Below, one piece after another: positions 1 through 8,432 of a stretch of 64,000 nucleotides of DNA; within the stretch, counting starts at the first letter, position 1; each line of letters opens with the position of its first letter. Origin of the DNA: a virus. Lineage: Duplodnaviria > Caudoviricetes. The stretch spans positions 192,001-256,000 of IMG/VR virus record IMGVR_UViG_3300037780_000034; one strand, written 5' to 3'. A program made the position numbers and the translations under genes. The notes beneath the pieces were generated by a model. It saw only the letters and a list, made by a program, of their open reading frames with translations, made no database searches and was not told the origin of the DNA.

Positions 1-31
1 TAAATTAAAAAAACTAGGAAAAGCAGCAGCA

Positions 32-2917
32 GTGGCAACGTCTCTTGGAACAACTGGGTTTTTAGGGGCTATTGGATATGACGGTATGACACAGGCACAG
101 GCGGCTGATGCACAACGAGGGCAATCCAGTCAGTCAAGTGCAAGATCGGCTACACAGCGCGCGCAGGATGCTTCTACAAGCACATCTAATTCTGAGTTGG
201 CACCTAAGAAAAGTCCAATACCAAAAGCAAATCCAAGAAATAATGACAAAGAAGATTTGTCTTCTGTAAAGCCAAAACCAAGACCAGATGTTCTTCTTTT
301 AACACAAAGTCCATATGAAAAGCTATTATTAAACTATGCAAAACAATCAGGTATGCAAGGAATAGAATTGGTTTCTTTTATGTCGCAAATGGCAGTAGAA
401 TCACAGCATTTTCAAAAAATGATAGAACGTGGAACAAAAGAGTATTTTGATCGTTATGAACCAGATACTTCTCCAGAAAGAGCAAACACTTTAGGAAACA
501 CTGTAGTTGGTGATGGATTTAGATATAGAGGTAGAGGTTATGTTCAATTAACTGGAAAATACAATTATAATCTTGCAAGCGAAGCATTGAACATTGATTT
601 GATTAATAATCCAGAACTTGCAGCTAATCCACATAATGCAGCAAAAATAGCATTATGGTATTGGAATTCAAAAGTAAAAAGATTAACAGACGATTTTGAT
701 GATGTTAAAAAAGTAACATACCTTATAAATGGTGGTTATCACGCATTAAAAGATAGACGTGAATATTTCAATAGATATAAAAATAGATTAGCAATGACTG
801 AGGCTGAAATAGTAGATTTAGATACACAAAGAAAAGAAAAAGAACTAAAAGATTTTCATAAAAAAATAAGGTCAGATATTTCTTCAAGAATGGAAGAAAA
901 AACAGAAGCATATCGTATTGCTAAAGATCAAGGTATATTTGATGATTTGCCAGTAGGAAGCAGATTTACTTTAGAAAAAGGAGCATCATATAAAGTAATA
1001 TCACACAGTATGAATATGAAAAAAACCGATCAATTGCCAAGATATCAACTAGAGTTTAGAAACAAATTTAAATTCGGTCCTCCTAAATTTATTGAATATA
1101 ATGGAAAATATTATCAACCTATAGTATACGCAACTGAGGTTGCTGGTGAAAACGAAGGATCAAAAAGTGGTTTTGAATTAGATAAACTTATAAATTTTGA
1201 AACAGGTGAAAAACGTTATAAAAAATTTACTGGACCAAAACGAGTAACAGAAAAAAGAAAACAAAATCAGGTAAAAGGAAAAGAGAAACTTCCAAAAATG
1301 AGCAAACCATCAACAAGTGGAGAACAACCTCATCCTTATCGCGGCAGACTTGTTGGAGAAACTATTATTGATTTAACACCTTTTTTAATTTCAGAGTATG
1401 AAAAGTCTATAAAAAATAAAGTATTATCTGAAAATAAAATAGACAATGAACGAGTTTTTAAGTTTTTAAAAGAATACACGGATAACTCTCCAAGTATAAA
1501 AAAAGAATATATATATTGTAATGTAGTAATTCATAATTTTATAAAAATGTTGAATTTCGGTTATACTAAAAATCTATATAACTTAGTTGATTATTATGAT
1601 AACTATTATATATTTGATATGAATAAAAATTTTGTAAGATTGCCACATTATAAAGATATGGGCGATTCTAAATTGTTTTCTTTTGTATTTTCAAAAGAAA
1701 AAGATTTTAAAGATTTTTTTGCTGATTTAATGTTACAATTTAGTGATGAATACAAAATTGAAAAAAATGTTATAGACAAGAATGTCATCAAAGAAGAATG
1801 GTATCACGGAACCCCAGATGTTCGTGATTTGCAAAAAATTGGCGGATTTGAAAATAGAACTATGAACGTTTCTTATATTTCAAATCCATCATTATGGCGT
1901 GAATTACAAACTAAAGCAAATGAACTTCGTGATACTGACAACACCGAATACTTTAAGGTATTAGACGAAATTACAAAATTAAGAAAATATATGACTGTAA
2001 AAAGTCCTGTATTTTTAACAAATGTTTATAATGTAGCAAAAACTTATGCAGATGATACCCGTGCATTTGACTATCAAGGTGCAAATCCAAGAATTTTAAA
2101 AGTTGAAGTAGATGCTGGAAAAAATCTTAAAATAAATGCGGACGGAAAAGACTTTCGTGGAATAGATTTAGATGTTGTTATTAAATCTTTTATCAATGGT
2201 GGAGTTTCAATAGAAAAAATAAAAAATGTTATAGAAATGTTTTCACCAGAATTACGTAATAATAAATTGTCAACTGATGCAGTTTCAGTAATAGCACAGT
2301 TGTTTAATTTTGACACAGTTGATGTTACTGGTGTTTTAGATAGTTTTAATGTTGGAAAAATAAAGTCTACTGTTAGGATGGTATTTGATCCAAAACGTAT
2401 TAAAATTATAAGTAATTTAAAAGAATCTTTTGGATATAAAGTGATGGCTTATGATAGAAAAAACAAGATAGCATATTCATTGGCAGATAAAAATGTTAAA
2501 TTTCCAATAGACATAAACAAGAAAATAACAATTGGTAAAAATGGATTGTATTTGAGTAATAACAAAGACTTTGTGAAAAATTATTACAGTGGATTAACCG
2601 ATACTGATGAAATATTAGTAAAATTTGAATATGATCCTGTTGACATTATAAGTGGTAATGACAGTGATTCTGAATCTGAATTCACTGTGAAAACAGCAAA
2701 GATAGCAGACATAGAATTACTTTCTGAAACTATTTCAGTTGATTTGATTAATTTTTTAAAAGAAAATATGAGTGTAACAGGAACTGCAACTGCAGTCTCA
2801 GCGAGAAAAAAAGGATTAGAACCAGGAACTCCTGAATGGTTCGAACATTGGTTTAGTTTGCCTTATATGATAGACCAAAGAAAAAAGAATAAAGGTAGAA
2901 AAGGTAAACGAAAATGA
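32..2917 (+). CDS. Multidomain protein: GH19 chitinase/lysozyme-like domain (~aa 95-250) plus ADP-ribosyltransferase-like domain and small modules; probably 5'-truncated by the window edge
   Basis: GH19 motifs (SQMAVES, GDGFRYRGRGYVQLTGKYNY, DLINNPEL, ALWYW, INGG); ART-like WYHGT...VFLT...AKTYA from ~1799; the frame is open from position 2 (KLKKLGKAAA precedes the GTG). Confidence 0.75.
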   Translation: MATSLGTTGFLGAIGYDGMTQAQAADAQRGQSSQSSARSATQRAQDASTSTSNSELAPKKSPIPKANPRNNDKEDLSSVKPKPRPDVLLLTQSPYEKLLLNYAKQSGMQGIELVSFMSQMAVESQHFQKMIERGTKEYFDRYEPDTSPERANTLGNTVVGDGFRYRGRGYVQLTGKYNYNLASEALNIDLINNPELAANPHNAAKIALWYWNSKVKRLTDDFDDVKKVTYLINGGYHALKDRREYFNRYKNRLAMTEAEIVDLDTQRKEKELKDFHKKIRSDISSRMEEKTEAYRIAKDQGIFDDLPVGSRFTLEKGASYKVISHSMNMKKTDQLPRYQLEFRNKFKFGPPKFIEYNGKYYQPIVYATEVAGENEGSKSGFELDKLINFETGEKRYKKFTGPKRVTEKRKQNQVKGKEKLPKMSKPSTSGEQPHPYRGRLVGETIIDLTPFLISEYEKSIKNKVLSENKIDNERVFKFLKEYTDNSPSIKKEYIYCNVVIHNFIKMLNFGYTKNLYNLVDYYDNYYIFDMNKNFVRLPHYKDMGDSKLFSFVFSKEKDFKDFFADLMLQFSDEYKIEKNVIDKNVIKEEWYHGTPDVRDLQKIGGFENRTMNVSYISNPSLWRELQTKANELRDTDNTEYFKVLDEITKLRKYMTVKSPVFLTNVYNVAKTYADDTRAFDYQGANPRILKVEVDAGKNLKINADGKDFRGIDLDVVIKSFINGGVSIEKIKNVIEMFSPELRNNKLSTDAVSVIAQLFNFDTVDVTGVLDSFNVGKIKSTVRMVFDPKRIKIISNLKESFGYKVMAYDRKNKIAYSLADKNVKFPIDINKKITIGKNGLYLSNNKDFVKNYYSGLTDTDEILVKFEYDPVDIISGNDSDSESEFTVKTAKIADIELLSETISVDLINFLKENMSVTGTATAVSARKKGLEPGTPEWFEHWFSLPYMIDQRKKNKGRKGKRK

Positions 2918-3174
2918 TTTTGTTTATGGAGGGCATTGCTATGCACAAAAAATTAAAAAAAGTAGATTTTTACGATACTATAGGGTCAATGGAAAAAACA
3001 TCTATATTTGATGCTATAGTTTTTTCTGGTGTTGAAGGAAAAAATATCTTAACACAAGAAGAATATAGAACAGTAATATCTAAAAAAAGAAAATTAATAA
3101 GAAGCGATATAAAACAACAACGTGCAATGTCAAAAATGGCAAAAAAATTTGATTGGAAAAATAATGAAAATTAA
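2914..3174 (+). CDS. Hypothetical protein
   Basis: 86-aa ORF with ATGA overlap with the upstream stop. Confidence 0.55.
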   Translation: MILFMEGIAMHKKLKKVDFYDTIGSMEKTSIFDAIVFSGVEGKNILTQEEYRTVISKKRKLIRSDIKQQRAMSKMAKKFDWKNNEN

Positions 3175-3355
3175 TGAAATAATAAATGAAATGTCATCAA
3201 GCGGTTCAACTAGTGCTGGAAGCATAGCAGGAGCAAATGGACAGATAGGTGTTATGCAACGTAGAAATAGTGACGGAACTGCTTTAAATGCGTTGGACCA
3301 ACCTGACAACATCTTTGGTGTCAAGAAAAAAACAAAAAATAAACGAAAAAAATGA
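3164..3355 (+). CDS. Small hypothetical protein, possible head/internal protein (MKINEIINE-MSSSGSTSAGSIA)
   Basis: ATG at 3164 overlaps the end of the upstream ORF; N-terminus has I-x-E motifs. Confidence 0.55.
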   Translation: MKINEIINEMSSSGSTSAGSIAGANGQIGVMQRRNSDGTALNALDQPDNIFGVKKKTKNKRKK

Positions 3356-3361
3356 TAAATA
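3354..3361 (+). promoter_or_regulatory. T4-type late promoter variant GATAAATA
   Basis: One mismatch to TATAAATA, 20 bp upstream of the 3382 start; same variant recurs upstream of other structural genes. Confidence 0.45.
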
Positions 3362-3381
3362 TATGAAAAAGGATTTTCAAA

Positions 3382-4194
3382 ATGGTATCTAAAAGAATAC
3401 AAATGTTAGAAGAAAAAATGTCTGACGCACAAAAAAAGAAGCGTGAAGACATAGTTCAAGCTATGAAAAAAGATAAAAAAAGAATGCAAGATTCATATGG
3501 TGACAAATGGGAAGATGTGATGTATGCAACTGCAACAAAACAGGCTATGAGAGAAACCAAACTTGACCCAGTTGGCAAAGAAGATGATGACATTAACAAT
3601 GATGGAAAGGTTGATTCTACCGACGAATATCTTAAAAACAAACGTAAAGCTATTTCAAAAAATATTAAAGAATCACGAAAAATGACAAAAGCTGAAATTG
3701 AAAAAAAGATCAGCGATGGAGAATGGGAAACCGATTTCAAAATTGATGTAGGTAAACCTGCTGTTGTAAAAAACTCAAAAACTGGGAAAAAGATGCGTAT
3801 AATGGTAACAGAAGGTGTATTAGATTCTACAGATGATGATGGATGGATGGCAAAAAGTCAACTATACAAAACTGCAAAATATGCAATTGCATTGCATCAA
3901 ATGATTAATGATGCTGATGATTTAGAACCTTGGGTTCAAGCAAAAATTACAAGGGCAAGTGTTGATTTATCTGCAGTTAAACATTATATGGAATATCTTT
4001 TGAGTAGAAATGAACAAGAATATACCAATACAAATGTTCCTATGACATTAGAAACAGAAATCTTAGAAGCAAAAAAAAGAAAGAAAAGTTTGCGTAATCC
4101 TAAAGATAATCCTTGTTGGAAAGGATATGAACCAGTTGGAACAAAAATGAAAGACGGAAAAGAAGTTCCAAACTGTGTTCCAAAAAAGAAATAA
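3382..4194 (+). CDS. Modular hypothetical protein, probable head/internal protein
   Basis: Short modules separated by hydrophobic-x-E motifs (LEE, MRE, IKE, VTE, ILE); EF-hand/dockerin-like [12 protein letters not shown]; C-terminal [23 protein letters not shown] module. Confidence 0.7.
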   Translation: MVSKRIQMLEEKMSDAQKKKREDIVQAMKKDKKRMQDSYGDKWEDVMYATATKQAMRETKLDPVGKEDDDINNDGKVDSTDEYLKNKRKAISKNIKESRKMTKAEIEKKISDGEWETDFKIDVGKPAVVKNSKTGKKMRIMVTEGVLDSTDDDGWMAKSQLYKTAKYAIALHQMINDADDLEPWVQAKITRASVDLSAVKHYMEYLLSRNEQEYTNTNVPMTLETEILEAKKRKKSLRNPKDNPCWKGYEPVGTKMKDGKEVPNCVPKKK

Positions 4195-4220
4195 GAGGGG
4201 AAATTTCCCCTCTTTTTATT
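4193..4220. terminator. Bidirectional intrinsic terminator-like hairpin
   Basis: AAGAGGGG-AAATTT-CCCCTCTT followed by a T run on +; lies between convergent coding ends. Confidence 0.7.
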
Positions 4221-4290
4221 ATACAGCCATAGGTGCTTTAATTGCAGGATGCGATACATAATCTATGTTAAATAGAAAACCCAAAAACAT
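4219..4290 (-). pseudogene. thyA: Orphan duplicate thyA 3' end (DYVSHPAIKAPMAV*)
   Basis: Minus-strand translation of 4219-4290 gives MFLGFLFNIDYVSHPAIKAPMAV*; the last 14 aa match the canonical thymidylate synthase C-terminus; shares ACAGCCATAGG (4223-4233) with the intact thyA end (5198-5208). Confidence 0.8.
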
Positions 4291-4299
4291 ATCAACTAT

Positions 4300-4307
4300 T
4301 ATAAATA
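4300..4307 (+). promoter_or_regulatory. T4-type late promoter TATAAATA for the GIY-YIG gene
   Basis: Exact T4 late consensus 18 bp upstream of ATG 4326. Confidence 0.7.
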
Positions 4308-4325
4308 GTATAAAGGAAAATAGAT

Positions 4326-5207
4326 ATGGAAAAATGTGGTATTATATATAGAATAATAAATGTCATTAATGGCAAATGTTATTATGGTTCAACAATAAAT
4401 GCAGATAAACGATGGAAAAAACATATTCAGACATTGAATAAAAATGTACACCACAATGTTCATTTGCAGCGTTCATGGAACACTTATGGCGAAAAAAATT
4501 TTATATTTGAAATAATTGAAAAAGATATTCCTAAAGATAAATTATTCTTAATAGAGCAGAATTATATTGACAATAACATTGGTGGTTATAACTTAGGAAA
4601 AGCAGGCGGAGGCGATCAACTTGCAAATCATCCAAATAAAAAAGAAATAATAGAAAAAAGATCAAAAACCCAGAAAAAAAATGTTGGTAAAATGTCTGAA
4701 GAAGAAAAAAAAATTAAATGGGGAAAAAACGGAAATGAAAATCCTAAATATATAGATGGACGTTCATACACTGGTAAAAAATGCAAAAATTGTGATAATA
4801 TGGTTAATTTTTATCTAAAATCTGGAATATGTAATAAATGCAGAAATCGAACGGGCAACAACAATCCTTTTTATGGAAAAACACATAATCAAGAAACTAA
4901 AGATAAGATTTCTAAAGCAAATATTGGAAGAATCATGACAGATGAAGCAAAAGAATCTATAACTGGAGAAAATAGTGGTAGATATATAGGAACATACCAT
5001 ACTCCTTGGGGTATGTTCCCATCTTCGTCACAGGCAGAAAAAAACAATTTATTTATGAAATCAGCAGCAATACATAGAATATGTTTAAATCCAGATAACA
5101 TTATCAAACGTATTGGAAAATCAAAATTTCTTAAAGATTATGGATTATCATGTATTGGTAAAACTTATCGTGATCTAGGTTTCTGGTTTGATCCTAAACA
5201 GCCATAG
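4326..5207 (+). CDS. Free-standing GIY-YIG homing endonuclease with NUMOD3-type motifs
   Basis: GIIYRIINVINGKCYYGST...RWKKH; NUMOD3-like NNPFYGKTHNQETKDKISKANIGR; converges on and overlaps the thyA stop by 14 bp. Confidence 0.88.
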   Translation: MEKCGIIYRIINVINGKCYYGSTINADKRWKKHIQTLNKNVHHNVHLQRSWNTYGEKNFIFEIIEKDIPKDKLFLIEQNYIDNNIGGYNLGKAGGGDQLANHPNKKEIIEKRSKTQKKNVGKMSEEEKKIKWGKNGNENPKYIDGRSYTGKKCKNCDNMVNFYLKSGICNKCRNRTGNNNPFYGKTHNQETKDKISKANIGRIMTDEAKESITGENSGRYIGTYHTPWGMFPSSSQAEKNNLFMKSAAIHRICLNPDNIIKRIGKSKFLKDYGLSCIGKTYRDLGFWFDPKQP

Positions 5208-6063
5208 GCATAGGAATAAACTCATGATGTTGATAATTATTCAGTGTAAATTTATTAACATCAGAAAAATTAAATTTATTACATAATCCATCCTGTAATC
5301 TGAAAGAACTGTCAATTTTTAAGGTTGGTAGAGGATAAACTTCACGATCTACAACTTTTGATAAGATATCAATATGGTTATTATATATGTGCATGTCTCC
5401 TATACTATGAATAAAGTCTCCAACTTCAAGTCCGCATTCGCGTGCAATAATATGAGTTAATAGTGCATAACTTGCTTGATTGAAATTTAACCCAAGTCCA
5501 ACATCACATGATCTTTGAAACATAAAACAATTCAATTTATTTTCATATACCCTAAAATGTGACAATACATGACAAGGAGGAAGTGACATTTTTTCTAATG
5601 AAGGCACATTCCATGCTGAAATAATTAACCTTCGTGAAGTTGGATTGTTTTTTATTTCAGTAATTAGGTTCTTTATTTGATCAACACCACCAAAATTTCT
5701 CCATTGAAACCCATAGATTGGACCTAATTCTTTATACATATGATTATTGACATACCCCAATTCAATGCCTTGGTTGTCTGCGTTATCTGTCCATATTGTT
5801 CGCTTATTAACTAATTCTTCACGACTTTTTCCGTATGTCAATTCGGCAAGGCGTCTTTCATCTGTAGAACCTTCAAGAAACCACAAAAGTTCTCCTACAA
5901 CTGATTTCCATGCAAGTTTCTTCGTAGTCACAGCAGGAAACCCTTCTTGTAAATCAAAACGCATCTGATATCCAAAAACAGAACGTGCACCTACACCAGT
6001 TCTATCTTCTACATCAATTCCATTTTTTATTACATGTTTAATTGCATCTTGATATTGCCTCAT
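5194..6063 (-). CDS. thyA: Thymidylate synthase
   Basis: DRTGVG, ELLWFLEG, LGPIYGFQWR, SRRLIISAWN, LPPCH, QRSCD, GDMHIY; C-terminal PMAV. Confidence 0.97.
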   Translation of the reverse strand: MRQYQDAIKHVIKNGIDVEDRTGVGARSVFGYQMRFDLQEGFPAVTTKKLAWKSVVGELLWFLEGSTDERRLAELTYGKSREELVNKRTIWTDNADNQGIELGYVNNHMYKELGPIYGFQWRNFGGVDQIKNLITEIKNNPTSRRLIISAWNVPSLEKMSLPPCHVLSHFRVYENKLNCFMFQRSCDVGLGLNFNQASYALLTHIIARECGLEVGDFIHSIGDMHIYNNHIDILSKVVDREVYPLPTLKIDSSFRLQDGLCNKFNFSDVNKFTLNNYQHHEFIPMPMAV

Positions 6064-6118
6064 TATTTTCTCCTATATTTAAATTCCATAATATATTGTA
6101 AACATTTTAAATATTCTT

Positions 6119-6730
6119 TCATAATAATCCGCTCAACTCTCTCATTCTTCTTGTATTAAAATTACTAATTACTTCTCCAAGAACCTCTTTGTTAGACATT
6201 AACACAAACTGATACCTTGTGTAGTTAGAATCATCATAGTTTATATATTTTTCAAGCTCTTCTACTGAATTTATTTGTTTTAAAGATTGTCCTGGCATTG
6301 TGTTATCATATACTGCAACCATTACACCAGAATCAATAAGTCTTTTCCAAACTTTTATACTACTATTACTTAAAAAAATATCGCTCATTACCCTTATATT
6401 TGAGTTATCATCTAATACTTTTTTATATAAATCAGTTGCATATGGTGGTTTATTTTTATATTGTGGGTTTTTTGCAACTGCATTAACTATCAAAGTTTGA
6501 GGTTTTATAGATAATTCTATTCCTACAACAATTTCATCATTTTTTTCATACCAATAATAAAGAGTTTGTTTTCCGGCAATCTTTTTATACCCACCTCCCA
6601 AATCTTGAGGTTTAGTAATTTTTGACCTTTCTTTGATATTATATTCTATCATATCATAAAGTTCAATATTTCCTATATTTTCTGGCATTTCTGATAGCCA
6701 GCTTTCAACAAAGTCTGTCCTACTATTCAT
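6119..6730 (-). CDS. Hypothetical protein between DHFR and thyA
   Basis: 203-aa ORF with ATGA coupling to the DHFR stop; N-terminal FVE/LSE motifs. Confidence 0.7.
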   Translation of the reverse strand: MNSRTDFVESWLSEMPENIGNIELYDMIEYNIKERSKITKPQDLGGGYKKIAGKQTLYYWYEKNDEIVVGIELSIKPQTLIVNAVAKNPQYKNKPPYATDLYKKVLDDNSNIRVMSDIFLSNSSIKVWKRLIDSGVMVAVYDNTMPGQSLKQINSVEELEKYINYDDSNYTRYQFVLMSNKEVLGEVISNFNTRRMRELSGLL

Positions 6731-7245
6731 ACTCGTTTAACCCACTTCTGTATATAAAGGTCATCTTTCGTGAATGTTTGTTCATCTAATAAAAAATTTC
6801 TCATTAATTTCCATTTTGGTAAAAATACATCACAATCATAATTTCCTTCTATTCTTGACAAATATATTTCATCAATTATTGGTATACAGCTTTCAAAAAG
6901 TTGTGCACCACCTATAATCCAAACATCGTCAATGCCGCCATACCTTGCTTCAATCACATCTTTAACGATCCTACAAACATCTTTCCCACTGTAATAACCG
7001 TGCGGTCTTGGGTTGTAGTGTTCCATACTAGTAGATGTAATTACAAGATTGATTCTATTAGGCAATGGCTTGCGTGGTAAACTTTCCCAAGTTTTACGCC
7101 CCATTACTACAGCCTGACCATCTGTTTTTTGTTTAAACCATTTAAGGTCTGCAGGATTATGGGGCCAAGGAAGTGTATTATTTTTTCCAATTCCCCAGTT
7201 ATCATCACAAGCAAATATAGCTTTAATCATTGTCTTTGTTGCCAT
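6727..7245 (-). CDS. folA: Dihydrofolate reductase
   Basis: AIFACDDNWGIGKNNTLPW, DLKWFK, VVMGRKTWESLP, IIGGAQ, CDVFLP; GGAG RBS supports a start at 7245. Confidence 0.95.
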   Translation of the reverse strand: MATKTMIKAIFACDDNWGIGKNNTLPWPHNPADLKWFKQKTDGQAVVMGRKTWESLPRKPLPNRINLVITSTSMEHYNPRPHGYYSGKDVCRIVKDVIEARYGGIDDVWIIGGAQLFESCIPIIDEIYLSRIEGNYDCDVFLPKWKLMRNFLLDEQTFTKDDLYIQKWVKRV

Positions 7246-7516
7246 TTTCTCCAAGTAATCTGTTTTTTTCTTTTTCAACAGTTTCTTCAATTAATTTCAT
7301 ATCAAGTTCAATTTTTATGTCATAAACTTCGTGAGGGAATGACCTTATGGCATCTTCTATACTCGGAAAGGCTTTTAATTCTTCGTTATTCAATGAAAAA
7401 ACTTTATCTTCTGTTGACACAATAGTAAGTCTTTTAATAAAGATAATGGGAATTTCAGTAAATTCCACATCATCCATTATTTTTGAAAATGTTCTTTCTT
7501 TTTTAGTTATTGCCAT
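7223..7516 (-). CDS. Hypothetical protein
   Basis: 97-aa ORF in a tightly packed operon. Confidence 0.65.
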   Translation of the reverse strand: MAITKKERTFSKIMDDVEFTEIPIIFIKRLTIVSTEDKVFSLNNEELKAFPSIEDAIRSFPHEVYDIKIELDMKLIEETVEKEKNRLLGENGNKDND

Positions 7517-8161
7517 TTAACTATTTTCCGCAGATATGTTTTTAGAAGTTTCTTTACTTTTAGAACTAACACTTTTCCTTTTTGTTGGCATAAGATGAGG
7601 GGCTAACTTATATGCATCTGATTGTAATTTTTCAGCTTGCTCTAATAAAGTTTTGGCCTGTGAAAGAAAACTTTCTGCAAGTTTTTCGTCGGTCAATGGT
7701 TCATCAACAGCTTTTGTTGGTTCTATTGGCTTAACTGATTTTGCAGAATCTGAATTATCTTTTAATATACGTTCAATGTCATTATCAGAATATCCTGCTT
7801 TTTGCAATTCTAAAATTCTATTCAAAGTGCTTAAACTTATTTTAGAATTTGAATTTGGTAACAATGTGATATTAGATGTATCATACTTGCGCAATCTGCC
7901 TTGAGAATGAAGCCATTGTAATGCAATATCACCATTGCTTAAACGTGTTCTCGCAAGAACATTAAAGAACTCGCCTTCACGTTGTGCTGGTTCACTTTCT
8001 ACTATCGACATCAAATCTTGATGTGCAAAATCTGGCAATGTGTCTGTTTCAACAACTAAGCACTTATCTGGCTCTATTATATTACCTTTTTCGTCGTATA
8101 CTTCACGAAATACTACTAAGCAACGTCTACCTGTATTTTCTACTCTACCTACATGATTCAT
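7517..8161 (-). CDS. Hypothetical protein
   Basis: 214-aa ORF abutting its neighbours, with TAATG-type coupling to the upstream ORF. Confidence 0.75.
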   Translation of the reverse strand: MNHVGRVENTGRRCLVVFREVYDEKGNIIEPDKCLVVETDTLPDFAHQDLMSIVESEPAQREGEFFNVLARTRLSNGDIALQWLHSQGRLRKYDTSNITLLPNSNSKISLSTLNRILELQKAGYSDNDIERILKDNSDSAKSVKPIEPTKAVDEPLTDEKLAESFLSQAKTLLEQAEKLQSDAYKLAPHLMPTKRKSVSSKSKETSKNISAENS

Positions 8162-8379
8162 TAGTTATTTTCACTTTCTTTTTTAGCTGATTGTTGTTCT
8201 ATTGTATAATTTACAAAGTCAACAACTTTTTTATAAAGTTTAGATATATCTTCTGCCTCAGATGCGGAATATGCGCCACGTTTGAATGCAACGTCAATTA
8301 CATTTGATATATCTGCCAAATCTTTAACAGACAATGATGGTTGGATCGCAGGCTGTGTAGTTTGTTGTGTTTCTGTCAT
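8161..8379 (-). CDS. Hypothetical protein
   Basis: 72-aa ORF with AGGAGA RBS. Confidence 0.7.
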   Translation of the reverse strand: MTETQQTTQPAIQPSLSVKDLADISNVIDVAFKRGAYSASEAEDISKLYKKVVDFVNYTIEQQSAKKESENN

Positions 8380-8432
8380 AATTTCTCCTTAAATGTATAG
8401 TTATTTATGAAATGGCATAACTGCCATTTCAA

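Noticed and set aside
3984-4259. 91-aa minus-strand ORF
   Set aside because: Antisense to ORF 3382-4194 and runs through the terminator; the meaningful signal here is the thyA relic in another frame
4219-5208. Group I intron in thyA, as in T4 td
   Set aside because: thyA is complete up to its own stop, the endonuclease is antisense, and there is no room for intron core elements; the downstream piece duplicates the end rather than continuing it
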